Of a stretch of DNA of 64,000 nt, positions 37,096 to 46,970 are shown in pieces. Positions within the stretch are counted from its first letter, which is position 1; each line of letters opens with the position of its first letter. The stretch spans positions 29,063 to 93,062 of the IMG/VR virus record IMGVR_UViG_3300032046_000010; one strand, written 5' to 3'. Source of the stretch: a virus. The notes under the pieces were generated by a model. That model saw nothing but the letters and a program-made list of their open reading frames with translations, did no database searches and was not told the DNA's origin. The position numbers and the translations under genes are program-made.

Positions 37096-39378
37096 CTAGC
37101 CGCTGAACACGGCTTCGAACACGCCCGCCTTGCCGATGCGGAGCACCAGCCGCTCGGTGACGTTGGCCAGCCGCAGCTTCATCTCCGCGATCTTGTCGCC
37201 CGCCGCCCTGCTGATCGGGGTGTTCACGCCGCCGTCCATCTTGATGATGCACGACTCCTTGAAGGGGAAGTCGTTGTCCAGCGCCCGCTTCTGGTACTCA
37301 CCCCAGAAGTAGGCGTACAGGGCCGTCAGCACCGGCTGATCGCTGATGCGGTCGTTGATGTCGAAGATGGTCCAGTCGAAGTTTTCCCGCAGCGTATTGA
37401 TGTAGTGGGACATCTGCTCCCGCTGGTGCTTCCACTTCCACGACCCGTCCAGGGACAGGGTCCGGTCGCCCCAGACCACATAGTCGGCGCGCACCTTCTT
37501 GATGACGCCGATGCCGGCCGGGTTGAGCCGCTCCTCATCCAGCCGGTCGGCCGTCGTGAGCTTCTTGATCCGGGGCAGGGTCACGGTGGTCCCGGCCTCC
37601 GCCTTGTGATAGCCCTGGTACGCACCGGCCACCTTGGCTTCCCGGCCCATCACCATCCCGACCGTGGGGATGAGCTTCAGGATGTCGGGAGCATCCGGGT
37701 CCACCACGTACCCGTAGCTGGGGAAGGTGACCACGCTGAAGTCGTTGCGCCCCAGCGTGTTGTTGACGTGGTCCATCGCGTTCTGCTCGGTGACGACCGT
37801 GTACGGGATCTCCTGGCGCCATTCGTAGCTCTGCGCCTCCGCATAGGCCATCCCCTGCTTTTGGACCGCCGTGCTGGTCTTGCCGGGAGCCGCCAGCTTG
37901 ACCAGCCCCTTGTTCTGCCCGCGCAGGTCGTTGAAGTACGACGTGTTGGGGTCCAGTGCCGGGAAGTAGTGGGTGTCGGTGATCCCCGCGATGCCGTCGT
38001 ACCCGCCCATCAGTTCCTGCGGGGCCAGGATCTGCGAGATGTCGCCCGCGATGGCCGCGCCGGTCATGTCCCCGATCACCGTGATGGTATTGACCGTGTT
38101 GTCAATGATCGGGAACACCTTGGTCAGCACCGACAGCTTGGGGAACACCTTGCCGTTCTTCAGAGCGCCGGGCTGAAGCGGGGCGTAGTTGATCGTCACC
38201 ACGTCGCCCGGTGCCAGGACCGTCGTGCCGTTGGTGATGGTGAACGGCGGTAGGAACGGCGTGTTGGGCGTGAAGGCTGCGCCGATGGCACCGGCCGGTC
38301 CCAGCGATCCGAACCTGGCGCTGACGGCGGTGAACGCCGGGAGCACGCCCACCGTACAGGTGATCGTGTCTTCCCACTTCATCGTGGAAGTCAGCGCCCC
38401 CAGCGCCACGACCGGGTTGGGGTTGAGCGGCCCGGTCGCCGCCCACCAGAACGGGTTGATGGTCAGCAGGGTCGCCGTGATCGCGTTGACGAAGTGGCAG
38501 AAGCCGGGACGGATGTCGGAGGACACGCCGCCGGTCCAGATGTTGGTGATCTCGACCTCCCAGTTGTCGGTGTCGTCGGTGATGACGTTCTTGTAGTAGC
38601 GCGGGTCCACCGGGCTCATGGACAGCTTGTCGTAGACCTTCACGGCCGCGCCGTCCACGTAGATCTTGATCCAGAAGCGGTCCAGCGGCTCCGCTTCATC
38701 GTTGCCCAGCTCGATGCTGATGGCCTTGCCGTCGTTCTCCCGGTACAGGTTCCAGCCCAGGTCGGCCGGGGGAGGCGTGCCCAGGTCGGTCAGCATGTTC
38801 TGGTCTGACTCGATGGTGACCACGCCCGCCGACGTGTTGCCCAGGATCTTGTAGACCTTGGTCGCCACGGCGTCCAGCTTGATGTAGCCGCCCTTCCATT
38901 CGTCCGTCAGCATCGTCGTGCCGGTCGTGAGCGTCGTGGCGGTGTAGTCACCGATGACCACACCGACGTTCTTGCCCAGAATCTTCCCCCAGCCACCGTG
39001 CTTGCCGCCGCTGTACGCCTTCAGGGTGGCGACCGGAACCCGGGCGAGTCCCGCCGTCATCCGGCGAGCGTACAGCGTCAGCATCGCCTTGACTTCCGAC
39101 CCGTCCGTGATGCGGATGAGGTGAAGCTCGCCCGCTCCCTCACCGTGGTCCCAGAAGTCCTGGCAACAGTCCGGCACGGCAGACTCGGGAATCCGCCCGC
39201 CGCACTTGCGGGTGAAGTCCCGCTTGCCGAAGGTGGAGATGAGCTTGTTGGTCGGCCCGCGCTCCAGGACACCGGTGAAGCCGGTGACACCCAGGGCAGC
39301 CTCCTGGATGGAACGCTCCGCGTCCATCTCTTCCACTCGAACACCGGCTCCACGGATCGGACCATACACCCTTGTCAT
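37096..39378 (-). CDS. Tail sheath protein
   Basis: GVRVEE, GFTGVLERGP, LNPAGI and VWGDRTL motifs. Confidence 0.95.
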   Translation of the reverse strand: MTRVYGPIRGAGVRVEEMDAERSIQEAALGVTGFTGVLERGPTNKLISTFGKRDFTRKCGGRIPESAVPDCCQDFWDHGEGAGELHLIRITDGSEVKAMLTLYARRMTAGLARVPVATLKAYSGGKHGGWGKILGKNVGVVIGDYTATTLTTGTTMLTDEWKGGYIKLDAVATKVYKILGNTSAGVVTIESDQNMLTDLGTPPPADLGWNLYRENDGKAISIELGNDEAEPLDRFWIKIYVDGAAVKVYDKLSMSPVDPRYYKNVITDDTDNWEVEITNIWTGGVSSDIRPGFCHFVNAITATLLTINPFWWAATGPLNPNPVVALGALTSTMKWEDTITCTVGVLPAFTAVSARFGSLGPAGAIGAAFTPNTPFLPPFTITNGTTVLAPGDVVTINYAPLQPGALKNGKVFPKLSVLTKVFPIIDNTVNTITVIGDMTGAAIAGDISQILAPQELMGGYDGIAGITDTHYFPALDPNTSYFNDLRGQNKGLVKLAAPGKTSTAVQKQGMAYAEAQSYEWRQEIPYTVVTEQNAMDHVNNTLGRNDFSVVTFPSYGYVVDPDAPDILKLIPTVGMVMGREAKVAGAYQGYHKAEAGTTVTLPRIKKLTTADRLDEERLNPAGIGVIKKVRADYVVWGDRTLSLDGSWKWKHQREQMSHYINTLRENFDWTIFDINDRISDQPVLTALYAYFWGEYQKRALDNDFPFKESCIIKMDGGVNTPISRAAGDKIAEMKLRLANVTERLVLRIGKAGVFEAVFSG

Positions 39379-39396
39379 GTCCCTTTCCTCCTGCCG

Positions 39397-40662
39397 CTAC
39401 GGGGTGACTGGGATGTCTGTCTCCAGATCACCAACCAAGCGAATCCTTCGCACCGGCGACATGCCTGACGCCTCTGTTTCGGCCGGTCGCAGGTAGCTGA
39501 GCACGCCCTTGATCTCTGCCGTGACCTTCGATGTACGAACGCCGCTGAGGCTGGGGTCCGACGTGTCCTCAAACTCTGACAGGATCTGAACCCGGTACTG
39601 CTCATCCAGCCCTTGGGAGACCAGCATCGGATTGTTCTCAAAGTAGCTCAACACGTCCTCATTCATCCGCAGCGCGTCCACCCCTGTGGGCGACAACCCG
39701 ATTATAGCGAATCTGAGGTCTGTGTAGTACGGAGGGTGAAACAGGACAGTCCGTCCTGTCGCCCGGTCGAACACCCCATCGGTGAACGCCAAGCCTCGTG
39801 AGCCGACCTCGTGGAAGTCCTCAAGCACGATGGTCGGGACCGCCGCCAGGTTCTTGTAGTCTTGCCCCTGGATGACCACGACCTTCGGCTTGTACAGGAA
39901 CCGGACCCACGCCCGGTTCCCGGCCGCGATGGAGCCTGAGAGCGTGATCACCTTGGTCCCGGGGTTGTAGCTGACCTTGAGGTCGTTGAGGTGGTCTGGA
40001 TCCAGCGTGTTGTTGAAGACGCTGTCCACGTCCGTGATGTCGAAGCCGCTGTCCAACGGGAAGCTGTTCAGGTTGATGGTCGATGCAGTGGCCGGCATAT
40101 CGATGGGGAAGTCCGCCAAGGACCGGATCGCCGCCTTCATCGAGCGGACCAGCGACCTGTAGATGATGTCCTCCCAGAAGTAGATCACTCCGTTCCAGGC
40201 AAGCTTGACCCAGTGTAGCTGCGGGGTGTAGCGCCGGTCGGTCGTGCTCAAGTTCACCACCACCCGCAACGTCCTGGATGGGAACGTGGCGATGTGGGCG
40301 TTGATGTCGGCCTCCGTGTTCCAGTCGGTCGCCCCTGCCGTCACCCACGCGGTCCCGCTCCAAAACTTGTGGTTGGTACCGTCGTGAAGCCGAACACGAT
40401 GGGACGTGACCGCCGCCTCCGCAACGTACTTGTGAAGCACCCCCACGAGCAACATGTACCAGGACTTCCAAGCGCCGGGAGCCGTGGCCTTCGACATCAC
40501 GTACAAGCCGGTGTCGAGGGGGTATCGGCCGGAGTCGTCAGGGACCAGACTCACGACGTTGAGGACGCTGTCCAGTTGAATCTTGGTAGGGTCCGACAGT
40601 GTGATCCAGCCCCTGTCTTCCTCTGCGAACGTAAACACCTTGGGTAGCAGTTGCGTTCGCAT
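39397..40662 (-). CDS. Tail terminator/neck protein with N-terminal extra domain
   Basis: Position immediately upstream of the sheath. Confidence 0.6.
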   Translation of the reverse strand: MRTQLLPKVFTFAEEDRGWITLSDPTKIQLDSVLNVVSLVPDDSGRYPLDTGLYVMSKATAPGAWKSWYMLLVGVLHKYVAEAAVTSHRVRLHDGTNHKFWSGTAWVTAGATDWNTEADINAHIATFPSRTLRVVVNLSTTDRRYTPQLHWVKLAWNGVIYFWEDIIYRSLVRSMKAAIRSLADFPIDMPATASTINLNSFPLDSGFDITDVDSVFNNTLDPDHLNDLKVSYNPGTKVITLSGSIAAGNRAWVRFLYKPKVVVIQGQDYKNLAAVPTIVLEDFHEVGSRGLAFTDGVFDRATGRTVLFHPPYYTDLRFAIIGLSPTGVDALRMNEDVLSYFENNPMLVSQGLDEQYRVQILSEFEDTSDPSLSGVRTSKVTAEIKGVLSYLRPAETEASGMSPVRRIRLVGDLETDIPVTP

Positions 40663-41273
40663 TACATACCACCCATCGCGTTGGCGATGCCTCTGTTCCA
40701 GTTGTTACGCAACACAGCGAGTAACGCCGCATCACGGAACCTGTCGTGAATGAACGGCCGCGACGGGATGCGGATGACGGAGCCTGGAACCATATCGATG
40801 AACTGGGTGGCTCCGTTCCTCGACATCCTCCGGTACAACTCAATGGCCCGTGGGCTCACGAGTCCGGCCGGGTCAAACTTGCCCAGGAGTGCCAAACCAA
40901 TGAACTTGAACATCTCCGACATCGCCCGGCTGACCGTGATCGTTGCGCCGTCGTGGACCGTCTTCACCGTGTTGTAGGCTCCGCTGGTACGCAGCACTCC
41001 CACAAAGTAGGTCGATGGAGCGAGCCTTCGGTGCGTGATGGACTGGAACAGCTGGCCTCTGTCAACCAAGGGCTTCGATGAGCCCTTGATCATCTCCGTC
41101 AGGCCTGCGTTCTTGGCATAGGCTCCCCGGGAGATGCCGGCCCGAATCTCACGCGCCATGATCAGCGCGTTGATCTTGGTCAGCCGGTCGGATGCCGCCT
41201 TGAGCTTCGCCTGGGATGCTGGCGACAGCTTGCGCAAGTAGCGCGACCAGCCTCCCGTGAGGATCAGTTGCAT
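40662..41273 (-). CDS. Tail completion / virion morphogenesis protein
   Basis: KGSSKPLVDRGQLFQSI and IPSRPFI motifs. Confidence 0.78.
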   Translation of the reverse strand: MQLILTGGWSRYLRKLSPASQAKLKAASDRLTKINALIMAREIRAGISRGAYAKNAGLTEMIKGSSKPLVDRGQLFQSITHRRLAPSTYFVGVLRTSGAYNTVKTVHDGATITVSRAMSEMFKFIGLALLGKFDPAGLVSPRAIELYRRMSRNGATQFIDMVPGSVIRIPSRPFIHDRFRDAALLAVLRNNWNRGIANAMGGM

Positions 41274-41680
41274 CAGCCGTTCTCCACGACTGGCGCACGA
41301 TCACGGAAGTCGCACTGCCATAGTGAGTGACCGCCCTGGTCGGGGTAGTGCCCTCTTGGCTTGACGCCGACGATGTACAGCTTCATCGAGGTCAGCGTGC
41401 CGATCCTGGTGATCCGGTCCCGCCTCGTGGGAGTGTAGCCCGCCGCGTCGCAGTCCACCTTCCTGAACAGCAGGTAGCCACTCTCAACGTCCTGGAGTCC
41501 GGCCTGAGTGGGCGTGTCGCCGTCGTGCGTCGTCCACTTCACCTGCGCTTGGAGGTTGTAGGACACGGCCCGGTTGGCTTGCCGCACCGGCTCACTCGCA
41601 TCATCATCGTACACGGTCGCAGCAGTGTTCAACCGCTCGACCGTGACCGGGATGGGGTGGATGAGGCGCGGCATCACCAT
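41273..41680 (-). CDS. Head closure protein
   Basis: Position after the connector; beta-rich, about 135 aa. Confidence 0.68.
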   Translation of the reverse strand: MVMPRLIHPIPVTVERLNTAATVYDDDASEPVRQANRAVSYNLQAQVKWTTHDGDTPTQAGLQDVESGYLLFRKVDCDAAGYTPTRRDRITRIGTLTSMKLYIVGVKPRGHYPDQGGHSLWQCDFRDRAPVVENG

Positions 41681-41681
41681 G

Positions 41682-42392
41682 CTACACAGCCCACTCGTAA
41701 CTCTCAGGAACCGCCATTGCCAACGGCGCACGGTACATCGTGATGATCTGGGCGACCTCCGGGTCACCGACGATGCCCAGCATTCCTCCGGCCGCTCCGC
41801 TGGCGATGGCGTATTCGATGGAGTGCCCGTCCGTGGTCTCCTTGGCGACCGGCCCGCCGGGAACCGGAGGCGCAGGGAAGCCGGAGTACATCGGCATCAG
41901 AGACTTGGAGATGAGCTTCATCACGGCCCGTTTGATCATCAGTGGCGTGGACCCATCCGGCTCCAAGTAGCCGAACGTGCCGATGAGCTTCTGGTTCCGC
42001 TGTCCCTTGGAAAACAGCGGATAATCCTCCCAGTACGTGCCCGCAAAGATGTCGCGTTTCTCATGCTTCATCTTCAGCCTGGGATTGGGCCTGTCGTCCG
42101 GCAGCGCCCGGCCGTTGTACACTTCGTAGTACATAGGGTCCAGCACCGTCGTGAAGTCTCCGTTGATGTACAGGCCGGTGATGGTCAAGATGGGGATCGG
42201 GAGGAACAGGATGTCTGAGCTGTTCCCATCAACCAGAAGCGTCAACGACCTCGACTCAAACCATTGACGGCAAGCCTTGTCGATGAACTGGCTCCAGGTG
42301 TTGATGGCTGCCTGAAGCTGAACATCGCTGGGGCCTGCAGGCGGGACTGGGATGCCCTCCGCCCGCGCCTCTGCCACCGTGATGTAGCCCAT
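41682..42392 (-). CDS. Head-tail connector/adaptor
   Basis: YITVAEAR, SQFIDKAC and GY..TPLMIKRAV. Confidence 0.82.
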   Translation of the reverse strand: MGYITVAEARAEGIPVPPAGPSDVQLQAAINTWSQFIDKACRQWFESRSLTLLVDGNSSDILFLPIPILTITGLYINGDFTTVLDPMYYEVYNGRALPDDRPNPRLKMKHEKRDIFAGTYWEDYPLFSKGQRNQKLIGTFGYLEPDGSTPLMIKRAVMKLISKSLMPMYSGFPAPPVPGGPVAKETTDGHSIEYAIASGAAGGMLGIVGDPEVAQIITMYRAPLAMAVPESYEWAV

Positions 42393-42411
42393 CGATCAAC
42401 TCTCCTGTCAA

Positions 42412-43941
42412 CTACGGGATGGGAGCGCCCGTATGCGCCACGATTGCCGCTGCCATCCTGTCGAGCGCCGCCTTCACATCAATCGGATCGGGATCCACCC
42501 AGTTCGCCCCGACCAAAGGCGTGTACTTGAGGTGTTCAGCCTTCTGGTACACGCTGATCGTACCACCGCCACTCAGCGTTCCACTGACCCAGGAGTTGTA
42601 GAGGTCCAGTTTGCCCCCGACATCCACCACGTAGCTCCCGATGAGCGCTGAGTAGTACGCGATGATCTGGGCATTCGCCGGAATGGTGAAGCCTGACGAA
42701 CCGCCACGGACAGCACGGAGTTGAAGCGCGGTCCCGTTCATCGTGACGATGTTCAGGAGACTCCATGTGAAGTCCGGCGTCCGTGTCGCAGTGCAAAGCA
42801 CCGACGTTCCCTTCAGCGTTCCAAAACCGTAGGGCATGTTGGCCGCTTCGTTGGTCTCGATGATGTTGAACGCCGCGCCTGTCTTGAAGCCGCCGATGTC
42901 GTTGATCGAAAACTGCGTGATGTTGCTGATCGTGAGACCACCACCGAACTTTGTCCAGTCACCGTTGAACGACGGGTAGGTCATGTTGCGGAACAACGCA
43001 CTTGCCGTCGTCGCCCAATAGCAGTTGTCGAAGAAGAAGTTGAACCCGAAGTAGTTGCCGTTGGCAGCCCCCACCATCTCCGTTGGCTTGGTGAACTGGA
43101 TGTTCTCCATGTGAAGATCATAGAAGTTGGCGTTGTTGGCGTTACACCGGAGTGCCAGACCTGCCGCCGGATTGATCTGCGTTTGGAGGCGCGAACCCTC
43201 CCCGATCATGATCAGGCTGACCAGGTGCGAGTCCTCCAACACAAGGTTCTCGGGATACACACCTGGTGCGATGCGAATCGTGTAGGGGTTCGATTGCGAA
43301 CTGTCACCCCTGGCGATGACAGCGTTGATTGCCGCCTGGATGGTCTTGAACGGACGGTTCTGGGAGCCGGTCTGGGTGTACGTTTCCGTCCGTCCCATGT
43401 CCACGTAGAACGTCTTGGAACTGGAGGGGTCGATCAGAAGTCGGACATCATCGCCCGCGCAGGCATCCGTGGCTCCGGTCCCCAATCGTCGCCTTGATGG
43501 CGTTCCCGCCACTGCGTCTGCCGTGACCCAATCATCAATCACCGGAGCCGCCGGAGCGGAAGGGGTCTGTGGGATCGCATCGTTCGCCGGAACTGTGGCC
43601 CCCACTTTGTCAACCCCTGTGATGTGCGTACTTGCGTGGTTGGCCGGGAGGCCCGTGCTGAGCAAGTTCATCCACACTGACGTGTCGCCGTTGAAGATGT
43701 ACGCACCCGGCGGTGTTCCCGGGCCAGTCGTTTCACGGACAGCCATGATCCAGCCGTCCTCAGCATCGCTGGGCAAGTCAGCCGGGGTGTTCACAACACC
43801 ACGGATCATCACCCAGCGTTCCAGGTTGTTGAGCAACTCCTCCAGACTGAAATCGTCATCCGGCGAGCCTCCCCGCGTTAGACGGGAACCGCCCGCGAAT
43901 GCGTTGAACGGCAGCGGAAACCCTGTTGGATTGGTGCTCAT
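42412..43941 (-). CDS. Virion fibre protein with an inserted beta-helix (pectin-lyase-like) domain
   Basis: FYVD...GSQNRPFKTIQAAINA...IRIAPGVYPE; termini shared with the 36051 protein. Confidence 0.72.
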   Translation of the reverse strand: MSTNPTGFPLPFNAFAGGSRLTRGGSPDDDFSLEELLNNLERWVMIRGVVNTPADLPSDAEDGWIMAVRETTGPGTPPGAYIFNGDTSVWMNLLSTGLPANHASTHITGVDKVGATVPANDAIPQTPSAPAAPVIDDWVTADAVAGTPSRRRLGTGATDACAGDDVRLLIDPSSSKTFYVDMGRTETYTQTGSQNRPFKTIQAAINAVIARGDSSQSNPYTIRIAPGVYPENLVLEDSHLVSLIMIGEGSRLQTQINPAAGLALRCNANNANFYDLHMENIQFTKPTEMVGAANGNYFGFNFFFDNCYWATTASALFRNMTYPSFNGDWTKFGGGLTISNITQFSINDIGGFKTGAAFNIIETNEAANMPYGFGTLKGTSVLCTATRTPDFTWSLLNIVTMNGTALQLRAVRGGSSGFTIPANAQIIAYYSALIGSYVVDVGGKLDLYNSWVSGTLSGGGTISVYQKAEHLKYTPLVGANWVDPDPIDVKAALDRMAAAIVAHTGAPIP

Positions 43942-43982
43942 CGTTCTCTCCTGCGGGGCCGTAGCCCCTGAACCCAGCTATT

Positions 43983-44354
43983 CTACCGCCGCACCAGGCT
44001 CCGCGTTTGCCTGTCAAAACGCCGCCAACCCAACTTGTCGAGATTCACACGGACCATAGGGACGCTGTTGCCACGGTAGATCAAGAGCGACAACAAGACA
44101 TCGTCGGCTTGACAGTCCAACCGCTCCCCAACGATGTGTTCCCCATCCTTCACCAGCTCAGCCCGATAGACCAAGCGATGGAAGTGGCGCGGCAGAGACA
44201 GCGTGTGAACCACACCATGGTCGATGAACCCGATTCCGGTGATGGCTGACTGAAAGGCAGGATCGGCTTCAGCGTCGTGCCACTGGCCTGCTTGGACGCT
44301 GTCCTCCAGGTCGAAGTGAAGGGTGCGTCCGTCGTTGACGTTGACCCTCAACAC
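43983..44354 (-). CDS. Hypothetical protein
   Basis: Co-oriented ORF filling the gap. Confidence 0.6.
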   Translation of the reverse strand: MLRVNVNDGRTLHFDLEDSVQAGQWHDAEADPAFQSAITGIGFIDHGVVHTLSLPRHFHRLVYRAELVKDGEHIVGERLDCQADDVLLSLLIYRGNSVPMVRVNLDKLGWRRFDRQTRSLVRR

Positions 44355-44361
44355 CGGAGGC

Positions 44362-44658
44362 TCAGCGCCTGGACCGCTTGTCCGTGCCGTCCCGGTGTTC
44401 CGGCTCCGGGGTCGGTTCCGGCTTGGGCTCCACCTTCGGCTCCGCCTTGGGCTTGGGCTCCACCGCCCGGGGCACCGCCTGCTTCACCGGCTCCGGCACC
44501 AGGATGATGTCGCTGGCCTTGGTCTTCAGCTGGACCAGTTCCGCCTGCTCCGGCGACAGGTCGTACAGACAGTGGGGAATCAGGGTGAAGCTCAGGCGCT
44601 TTCCCTTCGACTCGCCCTCCACGTCCAGGTTGGTCGGCCCCATGTAGCGGATGCGCAT
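44362..44658 (-). CDS. Hypothetical protein with a PE/PK-rich tail
   Basis: SD and GC3 pattern. Confidence 0.65.
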   Translation of the reverse strand: MRIRYMGPTNLDVEGESKGKRLSFTLIPHCLYDLSPEQAELVQLKTKASDIILVPEPVKQAVPRAVEPKPKAEPKVEPKPEPTPEPEHRDGTDKRSRR

Positions 44659-44661
44659 GGC

Positions 44662-45018
44662 TCACCGTCCCTTCTTGGCAACGGGCTTCTTGCCGCCCGC
44701 CGCAGGCTTGTTCACAGGGGTGACCACAGGCATCTCCTTGGTCACCGGGGGTTCCTTGGCCGCAGGCGCTGTGGGCTGCGGCTCCTGGTGTACGGGGATG
44801 GGGATGGGAGCCGGATGCGCATCCTGAGTGGCCTGCGCAACGCTCGGTTGGACTCCCGGCTCCGGCGTAGCTTCGGACTGGAACCAGGGGTTGTCCTTGA
44901 CGCGCTTCCACACCTCCGCATCGAACACGCCGACCGGCGTGTCCAACGGGAACATCTGGCCGTTCACCACGTAGGTGCGGCCCATGATCAACTTCGCGGT
45001 CCCGAACATGCGCTTCAT
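44662..45018 (-). CDS. Hypothetical protein with a P/K-rich tail
   Basis: AGGAGG SD. Confidence 0.65.
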   Translation of the reverse strand: MKRMFGTAKLIMGRTYVVNGQMFPLDTPVGVFDAEVWKRVKDNPWFQSEATPEPGVQPSVAQATQDAHPAPIPIPVHQEPQPTAPAAKEPPVTKEMPVVTPVNKPAAGGKKPVAKKGR

Positions 45019-45027
45019 CTTGTCCTC

Positions 45028-45273
45028 CTATCCTTCGATCATCCCGCCGCCGCCAGCTGACACGTACAGCCCGCGAAACTCCGAAGCCCGCACCATGGCT
45101 GCGATCTGCGACGGCTCCGGCGGGTCACTCCAATCGTTGGGCACGTTCAGCACGAGGATGCGGTCCACTCCCCAGTCGTTGTCCTCGTCTGAGGCCGACT
45201 GGAACAGTGTGACCATGTAGGCGTACACGACCAGTGCGCGACGGGTTGTGATGATCGTGATCAATTGCGGCAT
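45028..45273 (-). CDS. Hypothetical protein, paralogue of 45285..45533
   Basis: TTRR...NDWGVDRIL...MVR shared with the neighbour. Confidence 0.72.
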   Translation of the reverse strand: MPQLITIITTRRALVVYAYMVTLFQSASDEDNDWGVDRILVLNVPNDWSDPPEPSQIAAMVRASEFRGLYVSAGGGGMIEG

Positions 45274-45284
45274 GGCGAACCTCC

Positions 45285-45533
45285 CTACATCGTCCGCTGA
45301 TGCATACCGGCAACCACGTGGATGCCGATCAGCTCATCGAGGCGCACCATGGTGACGACCTCGGAGACAGCAGGCGGAATGGCCGGTGTCTCCGTGTTCA
45401 GCAACAGGATGCGGTCCACGCCCCAGTCGTTGTTCGGGTTGGATGCGGCCTGTTTGATCGTCTTCATCACGCCGGTTGTGTTGAGCGTCCGGCGAGTCGT
45501 GACGACCGTCAGTGGAGATGGCATCATGGCCAT
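45285..45533 (-). CDS. Hypothetical protein, paralogue of 45028..45273
   Basis: TTRR...NDWGVDRIL...MVR shared with the neighbour; AGGAGG SD. Confidence 0.72.
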   Translation of the reverse strand: MAMMPSPLTVVTTRRTLNTTGVMKTIKQAASNPNNDWGVDRILLLNTETPAIPPAVSEVVTMVRLDELIGIHVVAGMHQRTM

Positions 45534-45570
45534 AGCTGCGGCCTCCTGTTCGATTGTCTTGTTTGGGGGA

Positions 45571-45628
45571 GCGGAGCGAACGACCGGCTTGGTTGAGGGG
45601 GTAGTCTCCAGCCGGTCATTCGCTCCGC
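45571..45628 (-). terminator. Long stem-loop after the major capsid gene (terminator or mRNA stabiliser)
   Basis: GCGGAGCGAACGACCGGCT / AGCCGGTCATTCGCTCCGC inverted repeat; no U-tract. Confidence 0.55.
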
Positions 45629-45657
45629 CATGAGGTAAGCATCAGGGGTCGCCGGAG

Positions 45658-46887
45658 CTAGACGCCGGTGCCGACGTTGACGCCCTTCACCAGCGCGTCC
45701 GTTTCCTCGAACTTCACGTCCACCTTCATGGTGATGACGTACTGGTTGACGCGCTTGTAGATGTCGCGGTCCCGCTCCATGCGGATGTCGCGGCCGATGG
45801 CGACGATGAAGTTGTTGGGATGCGTGAGCATCAGCTGCGGCTGCGCGGAGTAGGTCACCTTGACGTTCGCTCCGGCCGCCAGCGCACCGCCCGCCTTGGC
45901 GTTGATGGTGCCGTTGGCGTAGTCCACCTCATAGTCCGTGTTGAGGATGTACTTGGTCGTGGGCGTGCCGGCCAGCGTCTGGAGCGTCACGACCTCGGAG
46001 CCGGACACGATGGGCTTGTAGCGGAGCGCCACCGGGACCGCCGGGGGTGCCGCGCCCAGGGTCTTGTGCTCCACGATCTTGGGCTGGAACGGGAACAGCG
46101 GGGCCACGACCATCGGCACGCCGAACGGCGTCAGGATGCTCTCCGTCTGGAGGGCCGTGTCGCCCGCGCCGGTCGCCCGGGTGCTGACCTTCTCGCGGTA
46201 CAGCTGCTCCAGGTCGGGCGAGATGTAGAACCGCAGATCCGCCCGGTTCCGCCGGAACTTGGTCGGCATCTGGTTCAGCATCCGGCTGAACACGGTGGAG
46301 CCCACGTTCGCCCCGGCAGCATCGTAGATGTGGCCGGTGTCGGAGCCGCGCAGCCAGCCGTCGAACAGCGCCATGTAGGCGTCCTTCACGTACTGGACCG
46401 CGCTCCCGCCCTCGATGTAGTCGCCCTCCAGGATGGCCGCGCCCAGCAGGTCGCCGTTGATGTACAGGTCCTCCAGATCGTTGGCCACCTGCTTCGCCAT
46501 CATCTGGATGATGTGGGTCTCCAGCGCCGGACCTTCCAGGTTGATCTCCAGCACGCTGTCGCTGATCTCGAAAGGCACGATGATCTCGCGCGGCTGGAGC
46601 ACGATCTTGCTGGTGGTGATCCCGCGCCGGTTCGCCGGGTCACGCGCCTCCGACGCCGGCATCGCCACGCGCTTGGCGAGGCCCAGCTTGTGGATCTCCA
46701 GCTGCTCCGCGCGGAACCGGACCACCCGCGCGTTGTTCTTGAGCATCGACTGATCCACGATGTAGTCGATGAACTTGTCGGTCTGGTCCGGGTTCAGCTT
46801 CCCGGCCGACGCCAGCGCGTCCGTGGCGATCAACGCCTTCTTCACGCGCTCCGACTCGATCAGCTCCTGGTTCGTCGTTCCGCTCAT
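45658..46887 (-). CDS. Major capsid protein (HK97 fold) with an insertion domain
   Basis: GKLNPDQTDKFI, NDLEDLYINGD, DGWL and LTHPNNFIVAIGRDIRME; extreme GC3. Confidence 0.93.
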   Translation of the reverse strand: MSGTTNQELIESERVKKALIATDALASAGKLNPDQTDKFIDYIVDQSMLKNNARVVRFRAEQLEIHKLGLAKRVAMPASEARDPANRRGITTSKIVLQPREIIVPFEISDSVLEINLEGPALETHIIQMMAKQVANDLEDLYINGDLLGAAILEGDYIEGGSAVQYVKDAYMALFDGWLRGSDTGHIYDAAGANVGSTVFSRMLNQMPTKFRRNRADLRFYISPDLEQLYREKVSTRATGAGDTALQTESILTPFGVPMVVAPLFPFQPKIVEHKTLGAAPPAVPVALRYKPIVSGSEVVTLQTLAGTPTTKYILNTDYEVDYANGTINAKAGGALAAGANVKVTYSAQPQLMLTHPNNFIVAIGRDIRMERDRDIYKRVNQYVITMKVDVKFEETDALVKGVNVGTGV

Positions 46888-46970
46888 GTTCCTGACTCCC
46901 TTCCTTCATCTCCCAGGGTTGGCTTCCCGCCACCCATCACTCCACGGCGTGCTCTGGTCGCCAACCCTGG

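Noticed and set aside
24591-39378. Extracellular contractile injection system or tailocin
   Set aside because: Capsid, portal, terminase and replication genes are present, so this is a phage tail.
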